A stretch of DNA of 64,000 nt from Dehalococcoidia bacterium (lineage in GTDB: Bacteria; Chloroflexota; Dehalococcoidia; Bin125). Below are positions 1 through 10,057 of the stretch, piece by piece. The DNA lies in NCBI GenBank assembly GCA_963663235.2, contig CAXXNO010000012.1, positions 288,001 to 352,000 on the forward strand, read 5' to 3'. The notes under the pieces were generated by a model, which saw only the letters and a list, made by a program, of their open reading frames with translations, ran no database searches and was not told where the DNA came from. The position numbers and the translations under genes were made by a program. The stretch's first letter is position 1; the number at the start of each line of letters is the position of its first letter.

Positions 1-5
1 CAGGT

Positions 6-82
6 CGGGGCGTGGCGCAGTCCGGTAGCGCACTTGACTGGGGGTCAAGAGGTCGCTGGTTCGAATCCAGTCGCCCCGACCA
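6..82 (+). tRNA. tRNA-Pro(GGG)
   Basis: Full cloverleaf: acceptor CGGGGCG/CGCCCCG, D arm GCGC..GCGC, anticodon stem CTTGA/TCAAG with loop CT-GGG-GG, T loop TTCGAAT, encoded CCA end. Confidence 0.97.
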
Positions 83-153
83 GCATTTTCATCCTCGGAG
101 GCACCGACGCAGGCCGGTTGTCGCCCCACCCAACGGGCACATCGGCCCGTTGC

Positions 154-190
154 GCACGGCCGAGGCGATCGCAGCGTGAGGGCAAGGCCG
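154..190. repeat. Partial (37 bp) copy 1 of a local 58-bp repeat
   Basis: GCACGGCCGAGGCGATCGCAGCGTGAGGGCAAGGCCG matches the first 37 bp of the copies at 2297 and 3958. Confidence 0.85.
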
Positions 191-259
191 AGGGGTCGCA
201 TAGCGCCGTCATGCCGGAAGCCGCCGTCACACGACTGCTCAGCACGGGTGGGCGATCAG

Positions 260-283
260 GAAGAAGACCGGCGTGTTGTTCCC
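260..283. repeat. 24-bp exact direct repeat of catalase coding sequence (1410-1433)
   Basis: GAAGAAGACCGGCGTGTTGTTCCC occurs at both 260-283 and 1410-1433 (GNNTPVFF codons on the minus strand). Confidence 0.95.
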
Positions 284-287
284 AGCG

Positions 288-318
288 AAAACCCCGCGCC
301 CTGATGGAGGCGCGGGGT
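288..318 (-). terminator. Intrinsic terminator downstream of catalase
   Basis: Perfect 10-bp stem ACCCCGCGCC/GGCGCGGGGT with 8-nt loop, followed by a short T run on the minus strand, about 45 bp after the catalase stop. Confidence 0.75.
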
Positions 319-362
319 CACGTGTGAGACGAGCTAACGAGTGAACGCTCGCCGGGCGGCTC

Positions 363-1811
363 TTAGCCGCGGACGGCCTGCTCAATCCGGTTGCCGATCT
401 CCTTGTCGATGTTGCGCCAGTACTCGAAGGCTCGTTGAAGCACGGGCTCCGAGACGCCGTCGCTGAGGTGGCCGGCAACGTTCGACACGAGCCGGTCACG
501 CTGGGCGTCGTCCATGACCTCGCGGACCAGGGTGCCTGGCTGGCCCCAGTCGTCGTCGTCGGATCGGAGGCTGTAGGCGGAGCGGACCATCTCGCCGTCA
601 ACCTCCCAGGTGTTGTCTCGGCCGGCCAGTTCCGGGGAAGCGACCGGCCCGTCGTAGCTGTTCGGCGCGTACACGGGGTCCGAGACGGCCTGCACGCGCA
701 TGACGCCGTCCTTCGAGTAACTGTGGACGGGCGACTTCGGAGCGTTCACCGGAATCTGCTTGTAGCTGACCCCAAGGCGCGCCCGATGCGCGTCGGCATA
801 CGAGAAGCCGCGAGCCAGCAACATCTTGTCGGGTGAAAGCCCGGTGCCGGGCACCATGTTGTTTGGCTCGAACGCCGCCTGCTCCATCTCCGTGTGGTAG
901 TCGGAGACGTTGCGGTCCAGCGTCAGGGTGCCCACGTCGATGAGTGGGTAGTCGCCGTGCGGCCAGGCCTTCGTGAGGTCGAACGGGTTGAAGCGGTAGG
1001 TCTTGGCGTCCTCGTACGGCATGATCTGCATCTTGAGGGTCCAGCTCGGGAAGTCGCCTCGCCCGATCGCCTCGTACAGATCCCGCTGGTGGTAGTCAGC
1101 ATCCTGGCCGGCGAGCCGATCCGCCTCCTCTTGGGTGAGGCACTCGATGCCCTGGTTGGTCTTGAAGTGGTACTTGACCCAGACCAGCTCTCCGAACGCG
1201 TTGGTCCAGGAGTAGGTGTGGCTGGAGTACCCGTTCATGTGCCGCCAATTGCGGGGAATGCCGCGGTCGCCCATCAACCAGGTGACCTGGTGAGCCGACT
1301 CCGGTGAAAGAGTCCAGAAGTCCCACTGCATGTCGTGATCGCGTAGGTTGTTCGCCACCCGACGCTTCTGGGACCGGATGAAGTGCTGGAATTTCATCGG
1401 GTCGCGCACGAAGAAGACCGGCGTGTTGTTCCCGACGATGTCGAGGTTCCCCTGGGTCGTGTAGAACTTCACGGCGAAGCCGCGCGGGTCGCGCCAGGTG
1501 TCGGGGGACCCCCGTTCGCCGGCGACGCTGGAGAATCGAATCACCACCTCCGTCTCGGTCCCTGGCTGGAACACGGCCGCGCGCGTGTACGCGCTCACGT
1601 CGTTGGTGACAACGAACTTGCCGAACGCGCCGCCGCCCTTCGCGTGGGGCTGACGCTCGGGGATGCGCTCCCGGTTGAAATTCGCCATCTGCTCGAGCAG
1701 ATAGTGGTCCTGGAGCAGGATCGGCCCGTCGGGTCCAACCGTGAGCGAGTGCTCGTCGCTGGAGACGGGGACTCCGCCGTCGGTGGTTGTGGGGTTGCGT
1801 TCTGGTGACAT
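363..1811 (-). CDS. katA: Monofunctional heme catalase (small subunit)
   Basis: [15 protein letters not shown] (catalytic His), [31 protein letters not shown] (proximal Tyr). ATG at 1811 follows GAGAGGAG. Confidence 0.96.
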   Translation of the reverse strand: MSPERNPTTTDGGVPVSSDEHSLTVGPDGPILLQDHYLLEQMANFNRERIPERQPHAKGGGAFGKFVVTNDVSAYTRAAVFQPGTETEVVIRFSSVAGERGSPDTWRDPRGFAVKFYTTQGNLDIVGNNTPVFFVRDPMKFQHFIRSQKRRVANNLRDHDMQWDFWTLSPESAHQVTWLMGDRGIPRNWRHMNGYSSHTYSWTNAFGELVWVKYHFKTNQGIECLTQEEADRLAGQDADYHQRDLYEAIGRGDFPSWTLKMQIMPYEDAKTYRFNPFDLTKAWPHGDYPLIDVGTLTLDRNVSDYHTEMEQAAFEPNNMVPGTGLSPDKMLLARGFSYADAHRARLGVSYKQIPVNAPKSPVHSYSKDGVMRVQAVSDPVYAPNSYDGPVASPELAGRDNTWEVDGEMVRSAYSLRSDDDDWGQPGTLVREVMDDAQRDRLVSNVAGHLSDGVSEPVLQRAFEYWRNIDKEIGNRIEQAVRG

Positions 1812-1993
1812 TCGCCGAGCTCCTCTCGAGTAGGTCGTCGATAACGGCCGCCGCGCCTGGCGCGACACGCGTCACGTCGACGACCCGCGCCGACCAATAG
1901 TAGGGATAGCACGAACGATCGAACTACGAAAGGCTTCAGGCGAGAGTGTGGCGAGGTGGGCACCGGCCCGCCTACTGGGGCAGGCACGAGCGG

Positions 1994-2195
1994 TCAGCGT
2001 CCCGCGCGCTCCCAGATCGCGAGCTGCTGCCGAAGCACCAGGTTCTCCAGGACCAGGTCCTGCCGTCGCCGTCCGAACAGCCGCAAAGCAACCTCGATGA
2101 GTCGCCAGTGGAGTCACATCTCCGTCCCTCCGCGGCGAGGTTCGGGCCGCACGCCCTCTCAAACAAGGACGGATGGGATTTTGAGACAGCACAGG
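1994..2195 (-). mobile_element. Remnant of an integrase-core (rve, IS481/IS3-like) transposase 5' end with putative terminal repeat
   Basis: Frame 2119->1994 reads M*LHWRLIEVALRLFGRRRQDLVLENLVLRQQLAIWERAGR*. LENLxLRQQL is typical of the N-terminus of these transposases. Upstream CCTGTGCTGTCTCAAAATCCCATCC resembles their termini. Confidence 0.6.
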
Positions 2196-2296
2196 CGCGA
2201 AGCCCGCCCGCCGATGCCCGACAGCGCGGCGAACGTCACTTTCGTGCACGGGCTCACGGGCGGGCAAATCACCCGCGTATCGGCCATCGCACGGTG

Positions 2297-2354
2297 GCAC
2301 GGCCCAGGCGACCGCAGCGTGAGGGCAAGGCCGCTCCGACCGGAGCTCAGGCCG
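2297..2354. repeat. Copy 2 of local 58-bp repeat, overlapping the methyltransferase stop
   Basis: 54/58 identical to 3958-4015; contains hairpin GCTCC-GACC-GGAGC and the minus-strand TGA at 2347-2349. Confidence 0.9.
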
Positions 2355-3591
2355 GGCGGTTGAGGGCCAGCACGTTGAGGTCGTAGAGCGCGTCGTAGGC
2401 CCGTTTCCACGCATCTAAGATCTGGCGGGCGCCGGCCGTGGGAAAGGCGGCGTCCGCTTGATCGAGGCCCGCGCCCAGCGGGCTCCGCCCATCGAAGGCG
2501 TTGAGCATCGCCCGCGCCGGCTCGCTCACCTCTACAGTGGCGAGGCCGACGTCGGTGTAGACCTTGGCCTTGCCGCTCCGCTTGAGCCCCGCCTCGATCG
2601 AATGCTCCAGGTCGAAGAAGGTCCAGACGGGAATGGCGCGCTCGTCGTCCCAGGCCGGCGGCGCCGGCGGGGTGTAGTCGTCACAGCAGGCGAAGAAGGA
2701 GTGCTTGACCATGCGCCCGTCCAGCAGTTCCGCCGCGGCCTGACGCTCTCGCTCGTCCAGGTGACGCACGTCCAGATCGGGACGGTGGATGATCGGGTCG
2801 TAGGCCTTGATATTGTCGAAGCGGACCATCCCCAGCCCGCTGGCGTCGAGCCACTCGTACAGTTGCGGCACGGTATAGGCGCGGTCCTGTGCGTGCAGGA
2901 ACATGTCCACCAAGCCGGCGTCGCCGCCCTCGCGCTGCTCCCGCCGCCACAGAGCCGAGTCGAAGGCAGCCCAATGGCGCTCGTGGAGCTCTTCCAAGGT
3001 CCTCTTGACCGCCGTGAGGCGCCTGGTATCGCGCCAGTCGGGCGGCGCCAGCAGCCGGAACAGTTGCTGCATCTGGTAGACGGCGGTGCGGCCGTAGAGG
3101 GCATAGACCATCACGCCCATCCCGCCGTCGGGTGTGAGCACGCCACGCAGCGTCTCCAGCCCCGCCGCCGGCGACGCCAGATGGTGCAGCACGCCTGAAC
3201 AGACGATGTAGTCGAACGGCCCCAGGCCCATCCCGGGGATCTCTTCGATCGGCGCGTGGATGAGGTCCGCGTTGTCCAGGCCGCGGGCGGCCAGGCGCTG
3301 CCGCGTGATCTTGAGCGAGGCCTCCGAGACGTCGATCGCGGTGACGCGGGCAGGCGTCTTGCGCAACTGCTCGGCCATGTAGACGGTGGAGTCGCCGGTG
3401 CCGCAGCCGGCGTCCAGCACCCGGAAGTTCTCGTCGTACTGCCGCGCGCCAGACCAGAAGACGTGGTTGACGCGCGCCAGCGACCCAAGCGTCGTCGCCT
3501 GCAGTCGTTTGCGCTCGTCGCGCGGCCGTCGGGGCGGATACGGACGGTCTTCGTACTGCTTACGGACCGTCGGCAGCAGCTTCAGCTTCAC
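2347..3591 (-). CDS. Class I SAM-dependent methyltransferase (QYExxPYP N-terminal type)
   Basis: VLDAGCGTG motif I, FDYIVCSGVLHHL, MVYA..GR..VY, D.FLH.QDR. GTG start at 3591 after GGAGG; the longer ORF extension looks non-coding. Confidence 0.85.
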   Translation of the reverse strand: MKLKLLPTVRKQYEDRPYPPRRPRDERKRLQATTLGSLARVNHVFWSGARQYDENFRVLDAGCGTGDSTVYMAEQLRKTPARVTAIDVSEASLKITRQRLAARGLDNADLIHAPIEEIPGMGLGPFDYIVCSGVLHHLASPAAGLETLRGVLTPDGGMGVMVYALYGRTAVYQMQQLFRLLAPPDWRDTRRLTAVKRTLEELHERHWAAFDSALWRREQREGGDAGLVDMFLHAQDRAYTVPQLYEWLDASGLGMVRFDNIKAYDPIIHRPDLDVRHLDERERQAAAELLDGRMVKHSFFACCDDYTPPAPPAWDDERAIPVWTFFDLEHSIEAGLKRSGKAKVYTDVGLATVEVSEPARAMLNAFDGRSPLGAGLDQADAAFPTAGARQILDAWKRAYDALYDLNVLALNRPA

Positions 3592-3821
3592 CGCAAGCCC
3601 TCCAGCCGCCCGGCCGCCGCCCCACGGCACGCCGCGCGCGTCCAGGGAGAGCATAGCGAGCGGAGTCCCGGGGAGGCCAGGCGGGAACGCATCCCGGCAC
3701 GCTCGCCCATCCGACGACCACCCGAGTGGCTTCGCGTACGCCAGCCGCCAAGCCCGGCGGCAAATCGGCGGCAATTGCGCCAAGTATTCGCAATGACGGT
3801 GCGGGAATCCAGAGAAGAAGA

Positions 3822-3868
3822 TGGAGGCGACGACCGGATTCAAACCCGTGACGGGAGTTTTGCAACTC
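3822..3868 (-). other. Degenerate 3' half of tRNA-Cys(GCA), att-like remnant
   Basis: Minus strand GAGTTGCAAAACTCCCGTCACGGGTTTGAATCCGGTCGTCGCCTCCA: GCA anticodon loop, imperfect T arm, acceptor 3' strand and CCA; no matching 5' half. Confidence 0.7.
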
Positions 3869-3957
3869 GAAGACGGTCCGGCGGAATCGCACTCACCGAT
3901 TCTCGGCGAGGGGCCCCAGACCACAACACGCCCACCCGCGAACCGCGACTGCCTCGC

Positions 3958-4015
3958 GCACGGCCGAGGCGACCGCAGCGTGGGAGCGAGGCCGCTCCGA
4001 CCGGAGCTCAGGCCG
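3958..4015. repeat. Copy 3 of local 58-bp repeat, overlapping the membrane-protein stop
   Basis: 54/58 identical to 2297-2354; contains the minus-strand TGA at 4008-4010. Confidence 0.9.
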
Positions 4016-4703
4016 CCGCAGGCTGCGACGGCTCGGAGCCGGTCCGGCGCCCTGCGCGCACAAGGAGCACGCCCGTCACCACAATGACCGCAAGCCCCGC
4101 GGGCCATGACGCGGCGCGGCTCCAGACAATGTAGGAATCCGGCGCCAGCCCTTGAAGGAGCAGGAAGACGCGCACGCCCCCCGTTGCCAGGATCTGCCCG
4201 GCCCAGAGGAGCGTGAGGAGATAGAACAAGCGGCACTGCAAGTCCACGCCGCCCACGAACCGCGGCGAGACCTCTCGGGCCACCAGGCCCAGGAGCGGTC
4301 GACGCAGGGCCAGGCTGCCAAGGATCACGCCGGCGGTGAGAAAGTCCCCGATCGGATCACGGAGCAAGAACGCTATGTCGCTGTTGAGTAGGATCCCGGC
4401 GACCGACGCACCCGTGGCGATGATCAGGCTCAGCAGCGCGATCCCGCCCATCACGCCGCGGCGCCGGTTGAGAGCGAAGACGACGATCAGCGCCAGGAAG
4501 GCGACGCCAATACCGATCTGTGTCCCGGCCGCATGCCGAACCACCACGTAGAGCACCACCGGCAGCAGATTCGCCACCGCGGCGAGGTTCACGTCGGGGA
4601 GCGCGCCGCCACGGCGCCGCGCCGCGATGCTTGGGAAGGGCAACCGGTGGCCCAGAACCGCGCGACTCTCTGAGTGGGAGCTAGCCAGCATCGTCGGTAC
4701 CAA
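4008..4703 (-). CDS. Integral membrane protein (DUF3159/VC0807-like); start uncertain
   Basis: About 5-6 hydrophobic segments; GSL..RRPL motif followed by LTLLW. Confidence 0.65.
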   Translation of the reverse strand: MVPTMLASSHSESRAVLGHRLPFPSIAARRRGGALPDVNLAAVANLLPVVLYVVVRHAAGTQIGIGVAFLALIVVFALNRRRGVMGGIALLSLIIATGASVAGILLNSDIAFLLRDPIGDFLTAGVILGSLALRRPLLGLVAREVSPRFVGGVDLQCRLFYLLTLLWAGQILATGGVRVFLLLQGLAPDSYIVWSRAASWPAGLAVIVVTGVLLVRAGRRTGSEPSQPAAA

Positions 4704-5060
4704 CTCCGATTACGCGGCAGCGATTTCGCACTCGACGAAGATCCTGCCCTGCGCTGCCGTGACGGAGCCCATGCGGGCGCCCGCCACACGCCCATTGTTC
4801 GTCCGCTCACCCGTTGGCGTCGGACCGAAAGCCGCTCGCAAGTCAAGGCAGGCGCCCTAGGGCGGCCGCCTCGCTCGTGTGCGACTCTCACAACTAATTG
4901 ACGACCAAAAACGCGATTTCGTGACGAACCGGCGGTTCGTTCTGTAAACCTGGCGTACTTGGCGGGCGGCAACGGGGAACGCGGCCCGCGGCGTCTCCCA
5001 CCTGGGCGGAGCGTCGGCCTCCGCTCCCCAGACGCGGCTCGGAGCGGCGGACCGCGCCGA

Positions 5061-8000
5061 TCAGGCCGCGCGCGTCGACCGGCGAAGAGCCGCCTCGACG
5101 CGCCGAAACTCCTCCTCGGCTTCAGCAGCCTTCGCCCCGGCCTCCTCCATGGCGCCGGCCTCCCCCAGTTGCTGAAGCTCGTGCGCCAGCGTCGCCAGCC
5201 GCTCGGCGCCGAGGTTCGCGGCGCTCCCCTTGAGCGTGTGCGCGGCTCGACGAACGGTCGCCGCGTCGTCCGACATCACGCCCTCCCGGATCTCGGCGAG
5301 CAACTCGGGAGCGGAGGTGGAGAACATCTCGGCCAACTCCGCCAGAAGATCATCGCCCCCGTCCGGCTGGAGTCGGCGCAGGTTGGCCAGGGTGCGCGCA
5401 TTCACGGCGTCGGCCACGCCGTCAGGCCCAGGTTCGGGAGAGACGGGCGCGTCCTCTTCCCCGGGCGCAGCCGCCGACAAGAAGCCGTGCAGAATGCGGC
5501 GCAGTTCGGGCTCTTGGATCGGCTTGGCGATGTAGTCGTCCATGCCGGCAGCGAGGCAGCGATCTCGATCGCCGGCCATCGCATTCGCCGTCACCGCGAT
5601 GATCGGGACGGTGCGCGAGCGCCGGCGGATCTCGCGCGTCGCCTCGTACCCGTCCATCTCCGGCATCTGACAGTCCATCAGCACGAGGTCGTAGGGGGCG
5701 GCTTCCACCGCCTGCACCGCTTCCAGCCCGTTCGCCACCGCATCCACCCGGCACCCCATCCGCTCCAGGATTCGTTGTGCCACGCGCTGGTTCACCATGT
5801 TGTCCTCGGCCAGCAGGATGCGCGGAGGCTTTCCCCTGCTGAGCAACGGCGCGGTGCTCTCGGGGATGGGCGGCGATTGGGCGCCCCACCGCGATTGCGC
5901 TGCGGCCCGTGTCGCCTCTTGCCGCGCCTCCCCGCCGAGCAGCGCCGTCACCAGCGCATCCAGCAATCGGGACGGGCTCACCGGCTTGGTGAGATGCGCG
6001 CTGCAGCACGGACCGCTCTCTGCTGCGGTCTCCTCGTGGCCCGCCGCGCCGAGGACGATGACCGCCGGGGCGGCGTCGAGCAAGACCGTTCTGGTCCTCC
6101 CGGCCAGCGCGTGCCCGTCCGGGTCCGGAGGAACGTCGCCGGCGACAACGAGCGCGTAGGGGTCCCGCGCCTCAACGGCATCCCGCAGCGCCGCCAGCGC
6201 CTCGTCGCCGTCCGCCACGCCGCACGCGCGCATCCCCCAGTCGCGCAGTTGCTCTGCCAGCACGGCGCGGAGCGCCTCGCTCGTGTCGACGATGAGAGCA
6301 CGGGCGTCGGAGAGATCCAGCCCCGGTGGGGGCGTCAGCGCCTCGCCGTCCGCGACCGGGAAGGGCAGCGTGAACCAGAATCGGGAGCCCGCGCTCTCCT
6401 CGCTTTCGACGCCGATCTCCCCGCCCATGAGAGTCACGAGCTGCCGCGCGATCGCCAACCCGAGTCCCGTGCCGCCGTACCGGCGGGTCGTCGACGCGTC
6501 GCCCTGGGCGAACCGGACGAAGATTCGCGCCTGCTGGTCTGCCGGGATACCGATCCCCGTGTCGTGGACCGTAAAGCGAAGCGTAGGACCATCACCGCTC
6601 GGATCGATCGCTTCGGTGTTGAGAGTGACGTGGCCGTGCTTCGTGAACTTGATTGCGTTCCCCACCAGGTTGAACAGGATCTGCCGAACCCGGCTGGAAT
6701 CTCCGCGCACGCGGCGGGGCACACCGGGTCCGTAGCGCACCAACAGGTCCAACCCCTTTTCTTCGGCGCTGGGGGCCAGCAGTTGGACCACCGCGTCGAC
6801 TGCGGTGTGGACGTCGAATTCCTCGGACTCCAGCTCAAACTGGCCCGCGCTCATCTTGGAGAAGTCCAGGATGTCGTTGATGACGGTCAGCAGCGCCGCG
6901 CCGGAGGAGTGGATCGCTTCCGCTTGATCGCGCTGTTCCGTCGTGAGGTCGGAGTCCAGAAGAAGCCCCGTCATGCCGATCACGCCGTTCATCGGCGTGC
7001 GGATCTCGTGGGACATCGTCGCCAGAAACTCCGACTTGTAACGTGACGACTGCTGCGCCTCCACCAGCGCGGAGTCCAGGGCGCGGTTGGCCGTGGACAA
7101 CTCGGCCGTGCGCGCCGCCACCAGCGTCTCGATCCGCCGCGTCCGGCGCTCGCGGCCGAGCAGGTAGAGCACGATCAACCCCGTCAGCAGCAGCGCCCCC
7201 ACCAGCACCGCCCGTGACTGCCCGTGCGACCCGAATGTGAAGCCGGCGCCGGGGACGGCGACGATCTCCCATTCCCGCCCGCCGACCAACAGCGTGTCGC
7301 GAACCGCGAATGCACCGGTAGGATCGGGTCCGTCCAGTCCCGAGGCGGATTCGATTGCCCCGTTGAAGTCGGCGGCATGGACGTACAGATCTCGGCTGCC
7401 CGGAGAGGCGGTCAGATCCTGGACATCGAACTCAATCCCGCGCGGGTCGAACAGGTCCAACGCGCCGGCGAAGATGTCGGCCAGGTCGTACGTACCGGCC
7501 ACGAAGCCTCGTAAGGCGGCGCGGCGTTGCTCGACCGTCTCCACAGGGCCGCCGGATCGGTACAGCGGGACCATGACCGTGAAGGCGGCCACCGTGGGCG
7601 CACCGAAGATCGGCGGCACGCGGCCGCTGGCGACCTCGGTTCCGCCGTCACGGGCACGTTCCAGCAGCTCCTGCATCCCCGGTACCGCCGTCGCGTCCAA
7701 GCCCACAAACTGCCGGGCGTCTTCTAGCGGCTCGATGAAATGGATCGGGTAGGAATCGCTCTCCCCACCACCTCCAAGCCCGCCGAACGAAGGCAGCGCT
7801 TCAAAGAAATCGACGCCGAAGAAGCCCTCTGCGTCGCCTCGCCGCTCAAATTCGGCCCGCTCATCCGCGGTCACCCTGGGGATCCACGTGAGCGCTAGCA
7901 GGCTGGAGTGACGCGCCAAGAAGCGGCCGGCCATGGTGGCGAATTCATCCCGCTCGACCTTCTGGGACGCCTCATAGAGGCCGATCAGCGCATAGAGCAC

Positions 8001-8255
8001 TTCGATGTCGGCGTCAATCTCCCGCTCCACCGCGTTGATGCGGTTCTGCGCCGCGTGGAGGAAGTCGGCTTCGTCGGCCCGATCCTCCCCGCGCTCCACC
8101 AGCTGCCACAGCACGAGCGAGAGCACGACGCCCGCGAGCAGGGCGGCGAGCGGGATACGCAGCGGCGGCCGGCGCGACGCCACAGGCCGCGTGCCGGGTT
8201 CCTGCTCGGGAGGGGACGGTCCCGGCGCTCCGTCGTCCACGGCATCGCTGCTCAT
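5061..8255 (-). CDS. Hybrid sensor histidine kinase (TM-CHASE-TM-HisKA-HATPase-REC-REC-Hpt)
   Basis: [19 protein letters not shown]-box, [38 protein letters not shown] receiver, AHTLKGSA Hpt; CHASE-like extracellular region. Confidence 0.95.
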   Translation of the reverse strand: MSSDAVDDGAPGPSPPEQEPGTRPVASRRPPLRIPLAALLAGVVLSLVLWQLVERGEDRADEADFLHAAQNRINAVEREIDADIEVLYALIGLYEASQKVERDEFATMAGRFLARHSSLLALTWIPRVTADERAEFERRGDAEGFFGVDFFEALPSFGGLGGGGESDSYPIHFIEPLEDARQFVGLDATAVPGMQELLERARDGGTEVASGRVPPIFGAPTVAAFTVMVPLYRSGGPVETVEQRRAALRGFVAGTYDLADIFAGALDLFDPRGIEFDVQDLTASPGSRDLYVHAADFNGAIESASGLDGPDPTGAFAVRDTLLVGGREWEIVAVPGAGFTFGSHGQSRAVLVGALLLTGLIVLYLLGRERRTRRIETLVAARTAELSTANRALDSALVEAQQSSRYKSEFLATMSHEIRTPMNGVIGMTGLLLDSDLTTEQRDQAEAIHSSGAALLTVINDILDFSKMSAGQFELESEEFDVHTAVDAVVQLLAPSAEEKGLDLLVRYGPGVPRRVRGDSSRVRQILFNLVGNAIKFTKHGHVTLNTEAIDPSGDGPTLRFTVHDTGIGIPADQQARIFVRFAQGDASTTRRYGGTGLGLAIARQLVTLMGGEIGVESEESAGSRFWFTLPFPVADGEALTPPPGLDLSDARALIVDTSEALRAVLAEQLRDWGMRACGVADGDEALAALRDAVEARDPYALVVAGDVPPDPDGHALAGRTRTVLLDAAPAVIVLGAAGHEETAAESGPCCSAHLTKPVSPSRLLDALVTALLGGEARQEATRAAAQSRWGAQSPPIPESTAPLLSRGKPPRILLAEDNMVNQRVAQRILERMGCRVDAVANGLEAVQAVEAAPYDLVLMDCQMPEMDGYEATREIRRRSRTVPIIAVTANAMAGDRDRCLAAGMDDYIAKPIQEPELRRILHGFLSAAAPGEEDAPVSPEPGPDGVADAVNARTLANLRRLQPDGGDDLLAELAEMFSTSAPELLAEIREGVMSDDAATVRRAAHTLKGSAANLGAERLATLAHELQQLGEAGAMEEAGAKAAEAEEEFRRVEAALRRSTRAA

Positions 8256-8575
8256 GCTTCCATCTCCCCCGCCACGCCGCCTCACGCCCGACTGCGGGCG
8301 TTCCAGCCGCTCGCCGACGGCCCAGGCCCGACGGCCCCACGCTCTTCCATGACTCATTGATCGACTGCTTGCGCTCCGGTCCGCATCGGGGTTACCCGTA
8401 GGCGCCATCGGTCGGCGATCCCCGGGATCGCGGGCGGGCCACGGCCGAGCGCGGCCTCTACGGTGCCGTGTCTCCGCTTCCCGCGAACACCGCCGTCGCC
8501 CCGCTGCGAACGCGGCTATACTTGCCGCATTGCGGCACGCGCATCGCGGCCCTGAGGCGAGGAAGGTCTGACTCA

Positions 8576-9826
8576 ATGCACATTATGTACTTCACCGAGC
8601 AACCGGATTCGTCCTATCCGGCGGAGGAAGGGGACCGGCTCGGCTACACGGCCCTGCTCTTTCCCAACAGCAACTTTGACCCGGAGGCCGTGAGCGAGCT
8701 GTACCAGAAAACCCTCACGGAGTACGTCCTAGCCGAGGACGTGGGCTTCGACGCGATCATGCTCAACGAGCACCACAACGCCCCCTTCTGCCTCCAGTCC
8801 AAGTGCAACATCTTCGCCGCCATCCTGGCGGCCAAGACCAAGCGGGTGAAGATCGTCCTGCTGGGCAACCCGCTGCCCGTCAACGACAACCCCGTCCGCC
8901 TGGCCGAGGAGATCGGCATGGTGGACCTGATCTCGCAGGGACGCGTGGTGTCCGGATTCGTGCGCGGCGGCGGGACGGAGCAGATCTCCACCAACGCCAA
9001 CCCGGCCTATAACCGAGAGCGGATGACCGAGGCCCACGACTTGATCATCAAAACCTGGACGGAGCCGGGGCCGTGGCGATGGGAAGGCAACCACTACCAG
9101 TTGCGCGTGGTCAATCCTTGGGTGATGCCGTTGCAGAAGCCGCACCCGCGGATCTGGATCCCGGGCGTCGCCAGCAAGGAGACGGTCGTCTGGGCCGCGG
9201 AGCACCGCTACCCCTACATCGCCCTCCTCACCAACATGGACACCACCCTCAAAGTCTGGAAACTGTACGACGAAGCGGCCCGGCGTGTCGGCTATGAGGC
9301 CGGGACGGAGACCAAGGGCTATCAGCTCCGCGTCCACGTCCAGGACACGGAGGAGCGGGCGCTTCGGAACGCCGAAGAGTTCAACTGGATGCAGGGCGAG
9401 TTCCTGGGCGTCACCCACCCCGTCTGGCACAACCCCGCCGGCTACGCCTCCCCCATCTGGCGGCGGCAGATGGTCGAGATGGCCAACGGCCGGCGCAAGA
9501 ACGTCGCCAACGTGGCGCACAACACGCTCCAGGACCAGATCGAATCGATGCAGCTCATCGCCGGGACGCCGGACCAGGTCATCAAACGGTTCCGCACGAT
9601 CCTGGAGACCGTGCGGCCCGGCATCCTCGGCCTCTACGCCACCGACGGCAACGTCAGCCACGGCGACAACATGCGCTGCATCGAGCTCCTGGGCAACGAC
9701 GTCCTGCCGGCGCTGCGCGACATGGCGGACGAGTTCGGCCTCAACAGCCCCTTCGACGTCAACGCTCCCGTCAGCCTGGCCGCCACTCCCAAGGAGCAAC
9801 TCCAACCCCAGCTGGTCGGGGACTAG
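8576..9826 (+). CDS. LLM class flavin-dependent oxidoreductase
   Basis: [42 protein letters not shown] 8576 after AGGAAGG. Confidence 0.92.
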   Translation: MHIMYFTEQPDSSYPAEEGDRLGYTALLFPNSNFDPEAVSELYQKTLTEYVLAEDVGFDAIMLNEHHNAPFCLQSKCNIFAAILAAKTKRVKIVLLGNPLPVNDNPVRLAEEIGMVDLISQGRVVSGFVRGGGTEQISTNANPAYNRERMTEAHDLIIKTWTEPGPWRWEGNHYQLRVVNPWVMPLQKPHPRIWIPGVASKETVVWAAEHRYPYIALLTNMDTTLKVWKLYDEAARRVGYEAGTETKGYQLRVHVQDTEERALRNAEEFNWMQGEFLGVTHPVWHNPAGYASPIWRRQMVEMANGRRKNVANVAHNTLQDQIESMQLIAGTPDQVIKRFRTILETVRPGILGLYATDGNVSHGDNMRCIELLGNDVLPALRDMADEFGLNSPFDVNAPVSLAATPKEQLQPQLVGD

Positions 9827-10057
9827 ACCGCGTCGGGAGGCCGCCCGTCGAAGCCCCATCGACTCGGCGGGGCTTTCGCGCCCTCGCATGCCGCGCCGCC
9901 TTGCCGCGCAACAACAGGGTCGCGCCGTGGATCGTTGCTCCCCGACCGTCGACAATGAGGCCCGCAGCGCTCCCTGGGGGGAAGCGCTCTCTCGAGCCGG
10001 AAGGCCGTCCGCGGCGCGTGAGCGTCGCCCGCCCGGGCGCGAAGAAGCAGAGGAGGC

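Noticed and set aside
154-4015. CRISPR array or integron attC sites
   Set aside because: Copies are kilobases apart, no cas or intI gene is in the window, and attC core motifs are absent.
2347-4236. 629-aa version of the methyltransferase ORF
   Set aside because: The first ~215 codons cross the repeat, the tRNA fragment and the neighbouring gene; an RBS supports the GTG at 3591.
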